Source: Candidatus Poribacteria bacterium (GTDB taxonomy: Bacteria > Poribacteria > WGA-4E > WGA-3G). From it: a stretch of 64,000 nt of DNA. Made by a program: the position numbers and the translations under genes. The stretch spans positions 1 through 64,000 of the forward strand of contig CBDBFU010000002.1 of assembly GCA_965205025.1 (NCBI GenBank), written 5' to 3'. Of this stretch, positions 31,942 through 42,594 are shown in pieces; within the stretch, counting starts at the first letter, position 1, and each line of letters starts with the position of its first letter. The notes under the pieces are model-generated. The model searched no databases, was not told where the DNA came from, and worked only from the letters and a program-made list of their open reading frames with translations.

Positions 31942-33426
31942 ATGGCAAGATGGAATCGCAGCATTACATCTACTTATCCAACTGCTCGTTTCATACTTAT
32001 TTACTTTGGTGTCGGAGTAATCATATTAGTTCTCGTATTTACATATTATGCGCGCCAAATATCTCGACTAAGTACTGAAATTGAGGCACAAATAGAGATT
32101 TTCGTTAACCTTGCAATGGAATTACCAAGTATTGAAGATCGTGAACTGCAAGTACGGTTATTACGAGTAATGAAACAAGAGTTATATGCGGAAGGCAGGT
32201 CCCGACGGTTTTCCTTTATTATTACCGATTCCAACGGAAATGTGGAGATTTCACAGGGGATTGACCCCAAATTAGACGAAAAAGTCAACGCAGACAACAT
32301 TGTTTCGTTAACACAAAACGAACAAAATTTAATAACTTCAACCTTAGAACGTATGGAAAGCAAGAATCCTCCACGGAAGATTCCTTTCCTAAAAGAAGAT
32401 AGAAAAATAACAGGATATTTTTACTACGGTGATGCTGCTCCCAGTGAAATGGCACTACTACCATTTGCGATCACTGACACAGAGAAAAAACCGCAGAAAT
32501 GGCAGATGTGGAATGATGTCGTCACTACAGAAAATGCAACACCACAACAGATCGAACGTGCGAATATCTTTGTGCAAAATACACCCGCATTCGCGCCTAT
32601 TCAAATAACTCCAGAATGGCAAGACGGGTACTTTTATTATGAAATAAAATCATTCTTCGGATTATTAGTTACACCTATTCTAACCTCGGTAATTTTACCA
32701 CTTTTTGCGTTTGTTTCAATTCTTATATATCGAAGAATAAAAGCCTATGAACTCGCGGCTATTTGGGGAGGATTAGCTAAAGAAACAGCACATCAACTAA
32801 GTACACCAATTTCTGCTTTACTCGCCTGGACAGAATTGTTGGAGGAACGAAACAAGGAAACTGATGATAAAGTCTTGGCAGAACTCTCTACAAACATGCA
32901 GAATGACTTAGAACGGCTGCAGAAAACTACTACAAGGTTTGGCATGATTGGTACAGAACCTACCAAAACACAGGTCAACCTTAAAGAAGTCCTTGAGGAA
33001 GTCCTTACATATTTTGAGAAACGACTACCTCAGATTAGTCGAAGTGTTGATATTACTGTCACATCCCATGATGTTCCCGATATATCCGCAAATGCACATT
33101 TACTACAATGGGTTTTTGAAAACCTAGTACGCAATTCGTTGGACGCAATGCAAAAAGAGGTCGGACACATTAAAATTGAACCACTTTATGATGAACGGCA
33201 AAGGAATGTCGTCATTCGATATTCTGACGATGGGTCCGGTATCCCTACTGAGAATCAACATTCCATCTTTGAACCAGGGATGACAACAAAAGCACACGGA
33301 TGGGGGCTCGGATTAACAATCGTACAACGAATTATTCAAGAGTATCACCATGGGAGCATTCGGCTAATTGAAAGCAGTCCACAAGGGACAACTTTTGAAA
33401 TACGATTGCCGTCTTCTCTCCCTTAA
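31942..33426 (+). CDS. membrane sensor histidine kinase
   Basis: Two TM helices, H-box AKETAHQLSTP, ENLVRNS.DA, DDGSGI, GWGLGL. Confidence 0.93.
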   Translation: MARWNRSITSTYPTARFILIYFGVGVIILVLVFTYYARQISRLSTEIEAQIEIFVNLAMELPSIEDRELQVRLLRVMKQELYAEGRSRRFSFIITDSNGNVEISQGIDPKLDEKVNADNIVSLTQNEQNLITSTLERMESKNPPRKIPFLKEDRKITGYFYYGDAAPSEMALLPFAITDTEKKPQKWQMWNDVVTTENATPQQIERANIFVQNTPAFAPIQITPEWQDGYFYYEIKSFFGLLVTPILTSVILPLFAFVSILIYRRIKAYELAAIWGGLAKETAHQLSTPISALLAWTELLEERNKETDDKVLAELSTNMQNDLERLQKTTTRFGMIGTEPTKTQVNLKEVLEEVLTYFEKRLPQISRSVDITVTSHDVPDISANAHLLQWVFENLVRNSLDAMQKEVGHIKIEPLYDERQRNVVIRYSDDGSGIPTENQHSIFEPGMTTKAHGWGLGLTIVQRIIQEYHHGSIRLIESSPQGTTFEIRLPSSLP

Positions 33427-33445
33427 TCAGTTTCAAGGAAATAAT

Positions 33446-35020
33446 ATGGCACAAAAAGCCTATACAATCTTATGGATTGATGATGAAATAGAGGCATTAC
33501 TTCCACATAGACGTTTGCTTGAAACACGCGGATATGATGTCACACCCGCAACAAACGGTGAGGATGGAATTGAACTTCTAAAACAGAATAAGAAGGGATA
33601 CGATGCTATCCTTCTTGATCAAGTCATGCCAGGAATAGATGGCATGGCTACACTTGACTCTATTCGAACAATAAATACACAAGTACCGGTAATTCTTGTA
33701 ACACAGACCAGCGATGACCAATTTATTGATGTGGCTCTCGGAAAACAAGTGACAGATTTCTTGGTAAAACCTATTGGAGTCGCACAAATCGCTTCCACTC
33801 TCAAACGCGTACTTGAACAACAACAAATCGTTGAGACCCAAATCCCGGGTCGCTATACTAATGACTTTAATACGATTAGCACACTAAAGGCATCACAACC
33901 CTCTTGGCAAGACTGGATTGATATCTATCTCAAATTAGTTGAATGGGATCTTCTTTCTGACCGATTAGCAGAACAAGGCTTAGAAGAAACTCACTTAGAA
34001 CAAAAGAAAGAATGTAATACAGAATTCTCTGATTTTGTTGAAGATAATTATCCACACTGGGTTAATGGAAGCCAAGATAAACCTCCATTGTCTGTTGATG
34101 TCTTAGACCAACACGTATTGCCACTAATTCAAGCCGATGTCCCCCTTTACTTTATTGTGGTTGATTGCTTTCGACTTGATCATTGGTTGGCAATAGAACC
34201 GCTGTTATATCCTTATTTCTCCGTAGATAGAAAATATAGTTTTTCCATCTTGCCAAGTGCAACTATGTACGCTCGAAATGCACTATTTAGTGGCCTGTTT
34301 CCGTCTGAATTGGCAAAGGAATACCCGCAATATTGGCAGGAAAAATCTGAAGGAGCTACCAGCACAAACCAGTTTGAACGACAACTACTTGAAGAGTATT
34401 TAAAAAGGAATGGAATCCGGCTTAAACCCGGTGTCCAATATTTCAAGATTTTTGATTTACGCGGAGGAAATGAGTACAAAAAAAGGGTTGCAGCCGCAAC
34501 GCGTGTCAGTTTATCAGCATTAGTTGTCAACTTTATTGATATATTAACACACCAACGGTCACAATCTGAAGTATTACAACAACTCGCACCGGATGAATCA
34601 GCTTTTAGAGAAGTAGCTCGCTCATGGTTCGCACATTCTGTCCTGTTTGATATCTTACGGTCTATATCGGAGCAAGGTATACATGTGGTACTTACCACTG
34701 ATCACGGGTCAGAATTCTGTAATCGAGCTACACGCGCATACGGGAATCGTGATACAAGTACAAGTCTCCGCTTTAAAATTGGCAATAATTTAGCATGCGA
34801 TGATAATCAAGCTGTATATATTTCAAACCCAAAGGAATATAAGCTGCCAGCAGAGAACGCAAGTAAAGATTATATACTCGCAAAAGACGACTATTACTTC
34901 GTCTATCCAAACGAATTTTATAAATACAAGAGGCAGTTTCAGGGTGGGTTCCAACATGGTGGTATTTCAATGGGAGAACTCATAACACCCGTAGTGACTT
35001 TAACGCCAAAGAACGCGTAG
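33446..35020 (+). CDS. PorX-like response regulator (receiver plus PglZ/alkaline phosphatase domain)
   Basis: ILWIDDE, LLDQVMPG, VVDCFRLDHW, ILPSATMYARNALFSG, TTDHG, FQHGGIS. Confidence 0.88.
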   Translation: MAQKAYTILWIDDEIEALLPHRRLLETRGYDVTPATNGEDGIELLKQNKKGYDAILLDQVMPGIDGMATLDSIRTINTQVPVILVTQTSDDQFIDVALGKQVTDFLVKPIGVAQIASTLKRVLEQQQIVETQIPGRYTNDFNTISTLKASQPSWQDWIDIYLKLVEWDLLSDRLAEQGLEETHLEQKKECNTEFSDFVEDNYPHWVNGSQDKPPLSVDVLDQHVLPLIQADVPLYFIVVDCFRLDHWLAIEPLLYPYFSVDRKYSFSILPSATMYARNALFSGLFPSELAKEYPQYWQEKSEGATSTNQFERQLLEEYLKRNGIRLKPGVQYFKIFDLRGGNEYKKRVAAATRVSLSALVVNFIDILTHQRSQSEVLQQLAPDESAFREVARSWFAHSVLFDILRSISEQGIHVVLTTDHGSEFCNRATRAYGNRDTSTSLRFKIGNNLACDDNQAVYISNPKEYKLPAENASKDYILAKDDYYFVYPNEFYKYKRQFQGGFQHGGISMGELITPVVTLTPKNA

Positions 35021-35239
35021 TCCTCCATCATACCACTTCCAGCCTAAAATTGACATTGATAACGTAAGACTATGGACATTACAATTTTTCGTTTACGGAA
35101 TATGGAACAACGTTCCTACATTAATGGGTTAATCTGGTCTATACCCACCATCTTTTTACAAAACTGCCGCTTCTTAAAATGATTTATATCATTAACCGAG
35201 ATGTCTATAAAAAAGGCATGATAGGAGGAAACGGTAATA

Positions 35240-36790
35240 ATGGAGAAGGAGATACTTATATCTGATGATGAATATGAAACACGGTGTGCTGTACTTGAAG
35301 AAGGCATACTAAATGAAATTCATATAGAGAGAAAAGCAGTAAAACCTGTTTTAGGGAATCTATACAAAGGACGCGTTGAGAATGTACTACCAGGAATGCA
35401 AGTCGCATTTGTAGACATCGGTTTAGAACGGCACGCATTTCTGCATATTTCTGACCTCAAACACAACAATGGAGATGAAAACGGAAAGGCTGATGATGAA
35501 TTACCAACCTTAGACATGCAATCGACTACACCCCCCAAATCCCGTGGTGGTAGAGGATTCCCATTTCTCATCACAGATCTTATTTCTAAAAATCAGGAAC
35601 TCCTTGTACAGGTAAGGAAAGAGCCTATTGGAAGTAAAGGAGCACGTGTTACAAGTAATATCACACTTCCAGGACGCTATGTCGTTTATCTACCTAACTC
35701 TTCAACTATAGGGGTTTCACGTAGAATCGAATCCGCTACTGAACGAGATCGATTGCGAGATATGGCGCAAAACTTGAAGGCTGATGTTGAAGGTGGGTTT
35801 ATAATACGAACTGCATCTGAAGGTTTGAGTGAGGAAGAATTCGCTGCTGAAATACGCTACCTAATTAATCAGTGGAAACAAGCACGGGAACGCGCAAAAC
35901 GAAAATCCGCTCCCAGTTTAGTGAGTCGAGACGTAAGCTTTACAAATCGAATTGTCCGCGATATGTTTACCAAGGAGGTTAAAACACTTCTAATTGATTC
36001 ACAATCAAGTTATCAAGAGACTATTGACTATGTAACTTCTGTAATGCCGGGTCTAAAGGATCGGATTTCACTCTACAATGAAGATACCACCCTTTTTGAA
36101 GCATACGGCGTTGAAAAGGAATTGAAAAAAGCATTGAGTGAGAAAATATGGCTCAAGTGTGGTGGACATATCATCATACAGCAAACAGAAGCAATGGTTT
36201 CAATTGATGTTAACACAGGACGGTTTGTTGGACAATCTGACCCAGATGACACAATCCTAAGCGCAAACCTTGAAGCCGTGGAAGAGGTGGTACGGCAAAT
36301 CCAACTACGGGATTTAGGTGGAATAATCGTAGTTGATTTCATTGATATGGACGAACCTGCACACAGGAAACAGGTTTTCAAACTCCTACAAGAAGCACTA
36401 CGCAAAGACAAGGCACGGACTAACATCCTTCATTTTTCTGATTTGGGTTTGGTCGAAATGACCCGACAACGGACCAGACCAAGTCTGTCCACTTTATTGA
36501 CAGAACAATGTCCATATTGTGAAGGACACGGCACGATTTTGTCTATCGAAACTGTTGCAATTGGATTGTTCCGTGCAATCAAAGTAGCACACCTGCAAAC
36601 ACGTCAATCCAAACTTCGGATTATCGCCAACGACCACATTATTTCACATCTCAATTCACAGATGTCAGCAAAATTCCGCGAACTCAAACGATCCTTGAAA
36701 CTGGAATTGACTCTCGAACCTGATGCCGATTTGCATCTTGAAGACTATCGTATATTCGCTGCAAATGGTGAAGAGCTGTTTTTAAACTGA
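35240..36790 (+). CDS. rng: ribonuclease E/G
   Basis: S1 domain GMQVAFVDIG, IDVNTG, LRDLGGIIVVDFIDM, CPYCEG. Confidence 0.93.
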   Translation: MEKEILISDDEYETRCAVLEEGILNEIHIERKAVKPVLGNLYKGRVENVLPGMQVAFVDIGLERHAFLHISDLKHNNGDENGKADDELPTLDMQSTTPPKSRGGRGFPFLITDLISKNQELLVQVRKEPIGSKGARVTSNITLPGRYVVYLPNSSTIGVSRRIESATERDRLRDMAQNLKADVEGGFIIRTASEGLSEEEFAAEIRYLINQWKQARERAKRKSAPSLVSRDVSFTNRIVRDMFTKEVKTLLIDSQSSYQETIDYVTSVMPGLKDRISLYNEDTTLFEAYGVEKELKKALSEKIWLKCGGHIIIQQTEAMVSIDVNTGRFVGQSDPDDTILSANLEAVEEVVRQIQLRDLGGIIVVDFIDMDEPAHRKQVFKLLQEALRKDKARTNILHFSDLGLVEMTRQRTRPSLSTLLTEQCPYCEGHGTILSIETVAIGLFRAIKVAHLQTRQSKLRIIANDHIISHLNSQMSAKFRELKRSLKLELTLEPDADLHLEDYRIFAANGEELFLN

Positions 36791-36976
36791 GTATATTGAA
36801 AAAGATTTGACATTTGACCTAAAATATGACATTATATAATTGTCTGCATAAAATATGGATGGATAGGTGCGTCCATGCTCCCAAACAAGTTTCAGACATA
36901 TCCAGATGGAGCATAATTAAAAAAAGAAGCCCGATGAACTTTAAGGGATTCTACACCTAAAAGGAGTGAAAAGAAA

Positions 36977-37315
36977 ATGTACGCTGTATTTGCAAGTGGT
37001 GGGAAACAACATCGAGTTGAAGTAGGAAGTCTCATAGATGTAGAGAAAATAGACAATACCGTTGGTGAAACGGTTACGTTTCCTTCCGTTTTATTAGTTG
37101 CCGGTGATGATGGACAATTACAAACCGGTACACCTTATCTTGATAACATTTCAGTTACAGGTGAAGTCGTTCAACAATCTCGAGCCAAAAAAGTTATCGT
37201 ATTTAAATCTAAGCGTAGAAAAGGTTATAAACGCAAATTAGGTCATCGTCAATCCTTCACAAGAATAAAAATTACTGGAATTGGTGACCAGGAGGTAGAA
37301 TCTGATGGCACATAA
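36977..37315 (+). CDS. rplU: 50S ribosomal protein L21
   Basis: MYAV...GGKQ...GHRQ. Confidence 0.97.
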   Translation: MYAVFASGGKQHRVEVGSLIDVEKIDNTVGETVTFPSVLLVAGDDGQLQTGTPYLDNISVTGEVVQQSRAKKVIVFKSKRRKGYKRKLGHRQSFTRIKITGIGDQEVESDGT

Positions 37316-37571
37316 AAAGGGTGGTGGGCATACACGCAATGGTCGTGACAGTATCGGCAAACGGCTTGGTGTCAAGAGATTTGCTGGAAGTTATGTTACT
37401 GCCGGAAGTATACTCGTACGACAACGTGGAACGCATTTACACGCAGGCACAAACGTAGGTGTTGGTAGGGACTATACGCTCTTCTCAAAAATTGATGGCT
37501 ACGTCTCGTTTGAGAGAAAAGACAAATTCCGCCGTAAGGTGAGTGTCTACACTGAGCGTCCTGCTTACTAA
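37305..37571 (+). CDS. rpmA: 50S ribosomal protein L27
   Basis: [20 protein letters not shown]. Confidence 0.98.
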   Translation: MAHKKGGGHTRNGRDSIGKRLGVKRFAGSYVTAGSILVRQRGTHLHAGTNVGVGRDYTLFSKIDGYVSFERKDKFRRKVSVYTERPAY

Positions 37572-37580
37572 GAGCATATC

Positions 37581-37611
37581 AAAAAGCCTCACCTCAATGT
37601 GGGGCTTTTTT
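37581..37611 (+). terminator. rho-independent terminator
   Basis: GCCTCAC-loop-GTGGGGC followed by T6. Confidence 0.85.
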
Positions 37612-37702
37612 GTTTGTTTCTATTCCATTGTAAAAAATCATTTCTGTTTAACAACATATCTGTAGATTATCTAACCCAACAAATTAATACAAAGGATATA
37701 CC

Positions 37703-38107
37703 GTGAAAAGGCTAATTCTACTCCTTTTTATACCCGTGCTATTTGGATGTGGTAATAAGCAAATCAAGATATTAGCAGAAGAAACAATGGACAACGCGCG
37801 GACAAGTATAACAATAGCTGAAAAACACGGAGCACGCGATGTAGCAGTTAATGAGATCAATGCCGCTGAAGAGATGTTATCCAATGCAGAATCCGCTCAC
37901 TTTGCCGGGGATATTGAAAGAGCCTATCGCTTAGCACTACGGGCATATCTTCACGCAAGAATAGCAACTGAGAAATCAATCGCTTCACAGCATGAGGAAA
38001 ATGTTACGGAAGCACAAGCATTATTAAATTACGGACAAAAGATAACAGAGGAAGCTGTGGAAAAACTGGATACTTTAAAAGTAGAACTCTCAAACATGAA
38101 GAAATAA
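37703..38107 (+). CDS. DUF4398-like lipoprotein
   Basis: Lipobox LFGC; A...GA...A..E...A...L..A helical pattern; upstream of an OmpA gene. Confidence 0.75.
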   Translation: MKRLILLLFIPVLFGCGNKQIKILAEETMDNARTSITIAEKHGARDVAVNEINAAEEMLSNAESAHFAGDIERAYRLALRAYLHARIATEKSIASQHEENVTEAQALLNYGQKITEEAVEKLDTLKVELSNMKK

Positions 38108-38113
38108 GGGTAA

Positions 38114-39760
38114 ATGCCAATGCGTGTTTATGTATGGTTATTTCTATTAACATGTACACTTTATTGTGGGTGTTGGACTGTTAAAATTGGTGATGGTATT
38201 ATCTTAGACACACAATTACAAAACGCTCAAGATTCCATCTCTAAAGCAGCAGAATTGGATGCTGAACAGTTAGCATCTGATGAATATAGCCGCGCAATTA
38301 AGCTTCTGAAATTTTCTCAACAGGCTCAGGAAAGTGGAGATTTCGCGCAAAGCATAGAGTTCGCACATCAGGCAGAACTTGTAGGATATATCGCTCTGTA
38401 TCAGGCAAAGCAACAGCAATTCCGTCAACAACTCATTGATACAAAAGAATTGATATATGAAGAACAACTTACACAGAAAGATCTTGAGTTGGATATGGAG
38501 AAGACTCGAAATGAGATAAAATCCATTGAAGTTGATCAAGCTTTGAAGAAAATTGAAAAGGAACAGCAAAATGCCGGTTCATTGGCAGCTGAATTGACAG
38601 AGACGAAAAAGTCTCTACGACAGACAGAAATTAGTGTTCCGATTACCGCAACTGAAATCTATGTCCGTATAGCCACACAGTTATTTCCAGAAATAATGAA
38701 TACACCTGAGTATGAAAAAGTTCAGTCCAGTATAAAACTTGCCACATCTCATCTTGAACGGGAAGAATTCCCCGATGCAGAAAAAGTCGCAACCGATGCT
38801 CAAACAGAAGCGAATACTCTTTTTGAACTGGCAATTCTGAAGCAAACAGAACAAAATACTGCTAAAATCGCTGCTCTCATCTCTATCATTCGAGTAGAAG
38901 TAAAAGCAAAGCGTGCGGAAGCACTAAATGCCGACACACATACCCCTCAACAATTCCAACAATTGCAAAATCAGTTGGATAATGCTAACAAATCATTTGA
39001 AGAGAATGACTATGAAAAAGCACTGCAAATTGCCCAAGCTGCTGAGTTTACTGCGGATAAAGTAATTGCAAATACAGAAATATCTGAATTTCGGCAGCGC
39101 GCACAACAAGAACATGCAGCAAAAGTAAAAAGTGCACAACAAGCATTTTCTAATCTTAAGGCTGCAATAGCGGAACAGACAGAAACCAAAGTCCCACAAT
39201 TCGCCCCACAATTGTTTGAACTTGCCACAACTTCTCTAACATCTGCTGAAGCTGCGTTTGCTACAAAGGAATACACCAAGGTTGTTGAAAGTGCACAAGC
39301 AGGACAGGATTACTTAAAACGCGCAATTGAAAAAGCAGAAAATCAAGGATCTGCTCAAGAAAGTCTGGTTGAAGCTTTCAGAGAAATCCCAAAAGCAAGA
39401 ATAATAGATCTTGAAGAAGGTGTCCTTGTTCGGATTAGTGGAGGATTGTTTGCCACTACCAGCACCCAACTTAAAGAGGCATTTTTCCCCACCTTCCTGA
39501 AACTTGCATCCGTTCTACAGCAAGATGAACTCAAAGAATATGTTATAAGAATCGAAGGACATAGTGATTCACTTGGAGATGCAAAAACAAACGAAGCATT
39601 GACTGATAAGCGTGCAAATTCAATTAAACAATTCCTTGTTGACAAAGGACAGATCTCAGCTGATCGTCTAACTGCTATTGGTTTAGGTGAATCCAAACCA
39701 ATAGACACGAACTCACAGGCAAAGAACCGTAGGATTGACATCTATATTCGCAAACCATAG
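38114..39760 (+). CDS. OmpA-family lipoprotein with repeated DUF4398-like helical units
   Basis: C-terminal IEGHSD..G....N..L...RA and NRRIDI. Confidence 0.88.
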   Translation: MPMRVYVWLFLLTCTLYCGCWTVKIGDGIILDTQLQNAQDSISKAAELDAEQLASDEYSRAIKLLKFSQQAQESGDFAQSIEFAHQAELVGYIALYQAKQQQFRQQLIDTKELIYEEQLTQKDLELDMEKTRNEIKSIEVDQALKKIEKEQQNAGSLAAELTETKKSLRQTEISVPITATEIYVRIATQLFPEIMNTPEYEKVQSSIKLATSHLEREEFPDAEKVATDAQTEANTLFELAILKQTEQNTAKIAALISIIRVEVKAKRAEALNADTHTPQQFQQLQNQLDNANKSFEENDYEKALQIAQAAEFTADKVIANTEISEFRQRAQQEHAAKVKSAQQAFSNLKAAIAEQTETKVPQFAPQLFELATTSLTSAEAAFATKEYTKVVESAQAGQDYLKRAIEKAENQGSAQESLVEAFREIPKARIIDLEEGVLVRISGGLFATTSTQLKEAFFPTFLKLASVLQQDELKEYVIRIEGHSDSLGDAKTNEALTDKRANSIKQFLVDKGQISADRLTAIGLGESKPIDTNSQAKNRRIDIYIRKP

Positions 39761-39842
39761 TGAGCTATAAATTATTACAAAGACACACAAGGTTACAACT
39801 CTTGTATGTTTTGAATCGATATAATACAGGCAACCACACGTA

Positions 39843-40124
39843 GTGGCTAAGATTGTAATTGAACCTTATATCGTGCATCAAATCGCTCAAAACCTGTTCG
39901 GGGACCGGTATATTATAATTTATGAGAATACCATTCAGTTTCATAACCACTGTTACCATGTACAAACAATCGTTGGAACAGATCATCCTCACTACGGATG
40001 TTACTACCTACAAGACGCCAATACAAACTTAGCGATGTGGAACGATGAGACCTTCGCACCTATAGGGTATTACGGTGTTATTTTTGACCCAGAAACAGGA
40101 AATATTATTGCCTGTGAACCGTAA
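39843..40124 (+). CDS. hypothetical protein
   Basis: 93-aa ORF with globular composition, co-oriented with its neighbours. Confidence 0.6.
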   Translation: MAKIVIEPYIVHQIAQNLFGDRYIIIYENTIQFHNHCYHVQTIVGTDHPHYGCYYLQDANTNLAMWNDETFAPIGYYGVIFDPETGNIIACEP

Positions 40125-40189
40125 TTCTATTTTAATCTATATAATCAAATTTCCCACTACATCAACCAAACAGACAATGGAGAAATAAG

Positions 40190-41731
40190 ATGAGGCGAGA
40201 CACTATCGTCGTTTTAGACTTTGGCTCGCAATATACACAGTTAATAGCACGGCGAATCCGAGAACAACAAATTTACTGTGAGATCCAACCCTATACTCTT
40301 CCACTTAATGAACTAAAGGATTTAGAACCGAAGGGAATTATCCTTTCAGGTGGTCCCGCGAGTGTCTATGAGGATAATGCCCCACTAATAGATGCTTCCG
40401 TTTTTAACCTTGGTATACCTGTATTAGGTATCTGTTACGGTATGCAGCTTATTGCCTATCTATTAGAAGAAGGGAAAGTTCATCCTGCCTCTGAACGTGA
40501 ATATGGAAATGCACAGCTTCAACTAAACGCCGAATCTAACCGTCTATTTAATGGTTTACCCTCAGACATTACAGCATGGATGAGTCACGGCGATAAGATT
40601 GACTGTCTTCCTACTGGATTCCATACAATTGCACAAACACAAAATTCTCCTGTCGCTGCAATGGTTGATTCTAAAGGGATGTTATATGGGTTGCAATTTC
40701 ACCCCGAGGTAGAACATACACGAGATACTGATAAAATACTATACAACTTCGCACGACAAATCTGCGAATGTGAACCTGAATGGACGATGGACTCCTTTAT
40801 TACAGAGGCTATATCACAAATTCAAGAGACAGTTAAAGATGAAAAAGTTTTGTGTGCCGTCAGTGGGGGTATAGATTCTATGGTCTTGGCAACACTTCTT
40901 CATCAAGCAATAGACAATCAATTGGTCTCTGTTTTTGTCGATAACGGCTTACTCCGTCAGAATGAAGTAGAGCAAGTATTGTCAACATGTGAGATGATCG
41001 GGATTAATATAGAATTTGTGGATGCCACTGAATCCTTTCTAACAGCATTAACTGGTGTTGTAGATCCTGAACAGAAACGAAAGGTGATTGGAGCACAATT
41101 TATCGAAACCTTCAGGTCAAAAGTCAGACAGCTTGGTCCTTGTAGGTTTTTGGCACAAGGAACTCTATATCCAGATGTCATAGAAAGCGTTTCTACCAAG
41201 GGACCTTCATCCACAATAAAAACTCACCACAACGTTGGAGGACTCCCTCCTGACATGCCGTTTGAACTCATTGAACCATTCCGTGAGTTATTCAAGGACG
41301 AGGTGCGAAAAGTGGGAGCAGAATTGGATGTTCCATCATACGTACTTGGAAGACATCCGTTTCCCGGTCCTGGACTTGCTGTAAGAATTCTGGGAGAGGT
41401 AACACCAGAACGGTTAGAAGTCCTACGCTCCGCCGATGCAATTTTTATCCAAGAAATCAAAGATGCCGGTCTATACGATGAAATCTGGCAGGCGTTAGTT
41501 GTACTCCTACCTGTGAAAAGTGTCGGTGTGATGGGAGATGAACGAACCTACGAAAACGCTGTTGCGCTTCGCGCTGTTACAAGTAGTGATGCAATGACTG
41601 CCGATTGGGCAAGAATACCGGATGATGTGTTAGCGAGAATCTCTACACGCATTATTAATGAAGTAAAAGGTATCAATCGCGTAGTATACGATATCAGTTC
41701 AAAACCACCCAGTACCATTGAATGGGAGTAA
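40190..41731 (+). CDS. guaA: GMP synthase
   Basis: LDFGSQYTQLI, GICYGMQ, QFHPEV, IKTHHNVGG, KPPSTIEWE. Confidence 0.98.
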   Translation: MRRDTIVVLDFGSQYTQLIARRIREQQIYCEIQPYTLPLNELKDLEPKGIILSGGPASVYEDNAPLIDASVFNLGIPVLGICYGMQLIAYLLEEGKVHPASEREYGNAQLQLNAESNRLFNGLPSDITAWMSHGDKIDCLPTGFHTIAQTQNSPVAAMVDSKGMLYGLQFHPEVEHTRDTDKILYNFARQICECEPEWTMDSFITEAISQIQETVKDEKVLCAVSGGIDSMVLATLLHQAIDNQLVSVFVDNGLLRQNEVEQVLSTCEMIGINIEFVDATESFLTALTGVVDPEQKRKVIGAQFIETFRSKVRQLGPCRFLAQGTLYPDVIESVSTKGPSSTIKTHHNVGGLPPDMPFELIEPFRELFKDEVRKVGAELDVPSYVLGRHPFPGPGLAVRILGEVTPERLEVLRSADAIFIQEIKDAGLYDEIWQALVVLLPVKSVGVMGDERTYENAVALRAVTSSDAMTADWARIPDDVLARISTRIINEVKGINRVVYDISSKPPSTIEWE

Positions 41732-42594
41732 GTCGGGTGAGAGTCCGAAACTATCAGGATGTATTAGATAGAATCCTTCCCGCCATAGAAAAATCTGAAC
41801 TGTTAACAATTTGCCACCATTCTAATTCAACACCAACACCTTCAAACTGTCTATCTTATCCCTTATACTGCATCCGATATACAGTTAAACATTCCAATTC
41901 CCCTTTAGTGTATGTATCTGCAGGTATTCATGGGGACGAACCCGCGGGAGTTGAATGTGCTGTCCGTCTTATTGAGCAACTTTCCGATAATCAGCGATAT
42001 AAATACTGGGATTTCTTGTTAGATACGTATAACTGGATGATCTCCCCATGTGACAATCCTTATGGATATGAACGAGACATGCGTGAAAACTCCGTAGGAC
42101 TTGACTTAAATCGTATGTTTGAAACACCTGGACACGCAAAAGAAACAGAGTTTATCGTTGAATCCTTAAAACGAAATCAACAACAAAAACACATCAGTAG
42201 TGATGAGGGTAGTGAACGGTTAACAATAAACCTTGCACTTGATCTCCACGAGGATATGGATAGTGCAGGATTTTACTTGTGGGAACGACGGAGAACTTAT
42301 CATACACCAATAGGTGATGCTATCGTAAATAAGGTCAATTCAGTATGTAGTATAAATCGGACATCCACAATAGAAGGACATCATAATATTAATGGAGTGA
42401 TAACCTTACTGGATCAAATTACATCAAAAGGATGGACACGGGGTAGGTATTTAGCAGAATACGAAAACACTCCGTGTCTAATCCTTGAAACACCTACCCG
42501 TTTAACTTGGGACACGCGCATTACTGCACACATGATGGCTGTGCAAACAGCAATTGATATGTTACTGGGAACACCATTGAAAACGGAATTATGA
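41722..42594 (+). CDS. M14 metallopeptidase / succinylglutamate desuccinylase-like protein
   Basis: AGIHGDEPAG, DLNR.F, LDLHED, LETP. Confidence 0.82.
   Translation: MGVSRVRVRNYQDVLDRILPAIEKSELLTICHHSNSTPTPSNCLSYPLYCIRYTVKHSNSPLVYVSAGIHGDEPAGVECAVRLIEQLSDNQRYKYWDFLLDTYNWMISPCDNPYGYERDMRENSVGLDLNRMFETPGHAKETEFIVESLKRNQQQKHISSDEGSERLTINLALDLHEDMDSAGFYLWERRRTYHTPIGDAIVNKVNSVCSINRTSTIEGHHNINGVITLLDQITSKGWTRGRYLAEYENTPCLILETPTRLTWDTRITAHMMAVQTAIDMLLGTPLKTEL

Noticed and set aside
36850-36960. L21-leader-like RNA upstream of rplU
   Set aside because: Only one short stem (ATGCTCC/GGAGCAT) is visible, which is insufficient without comparative data.
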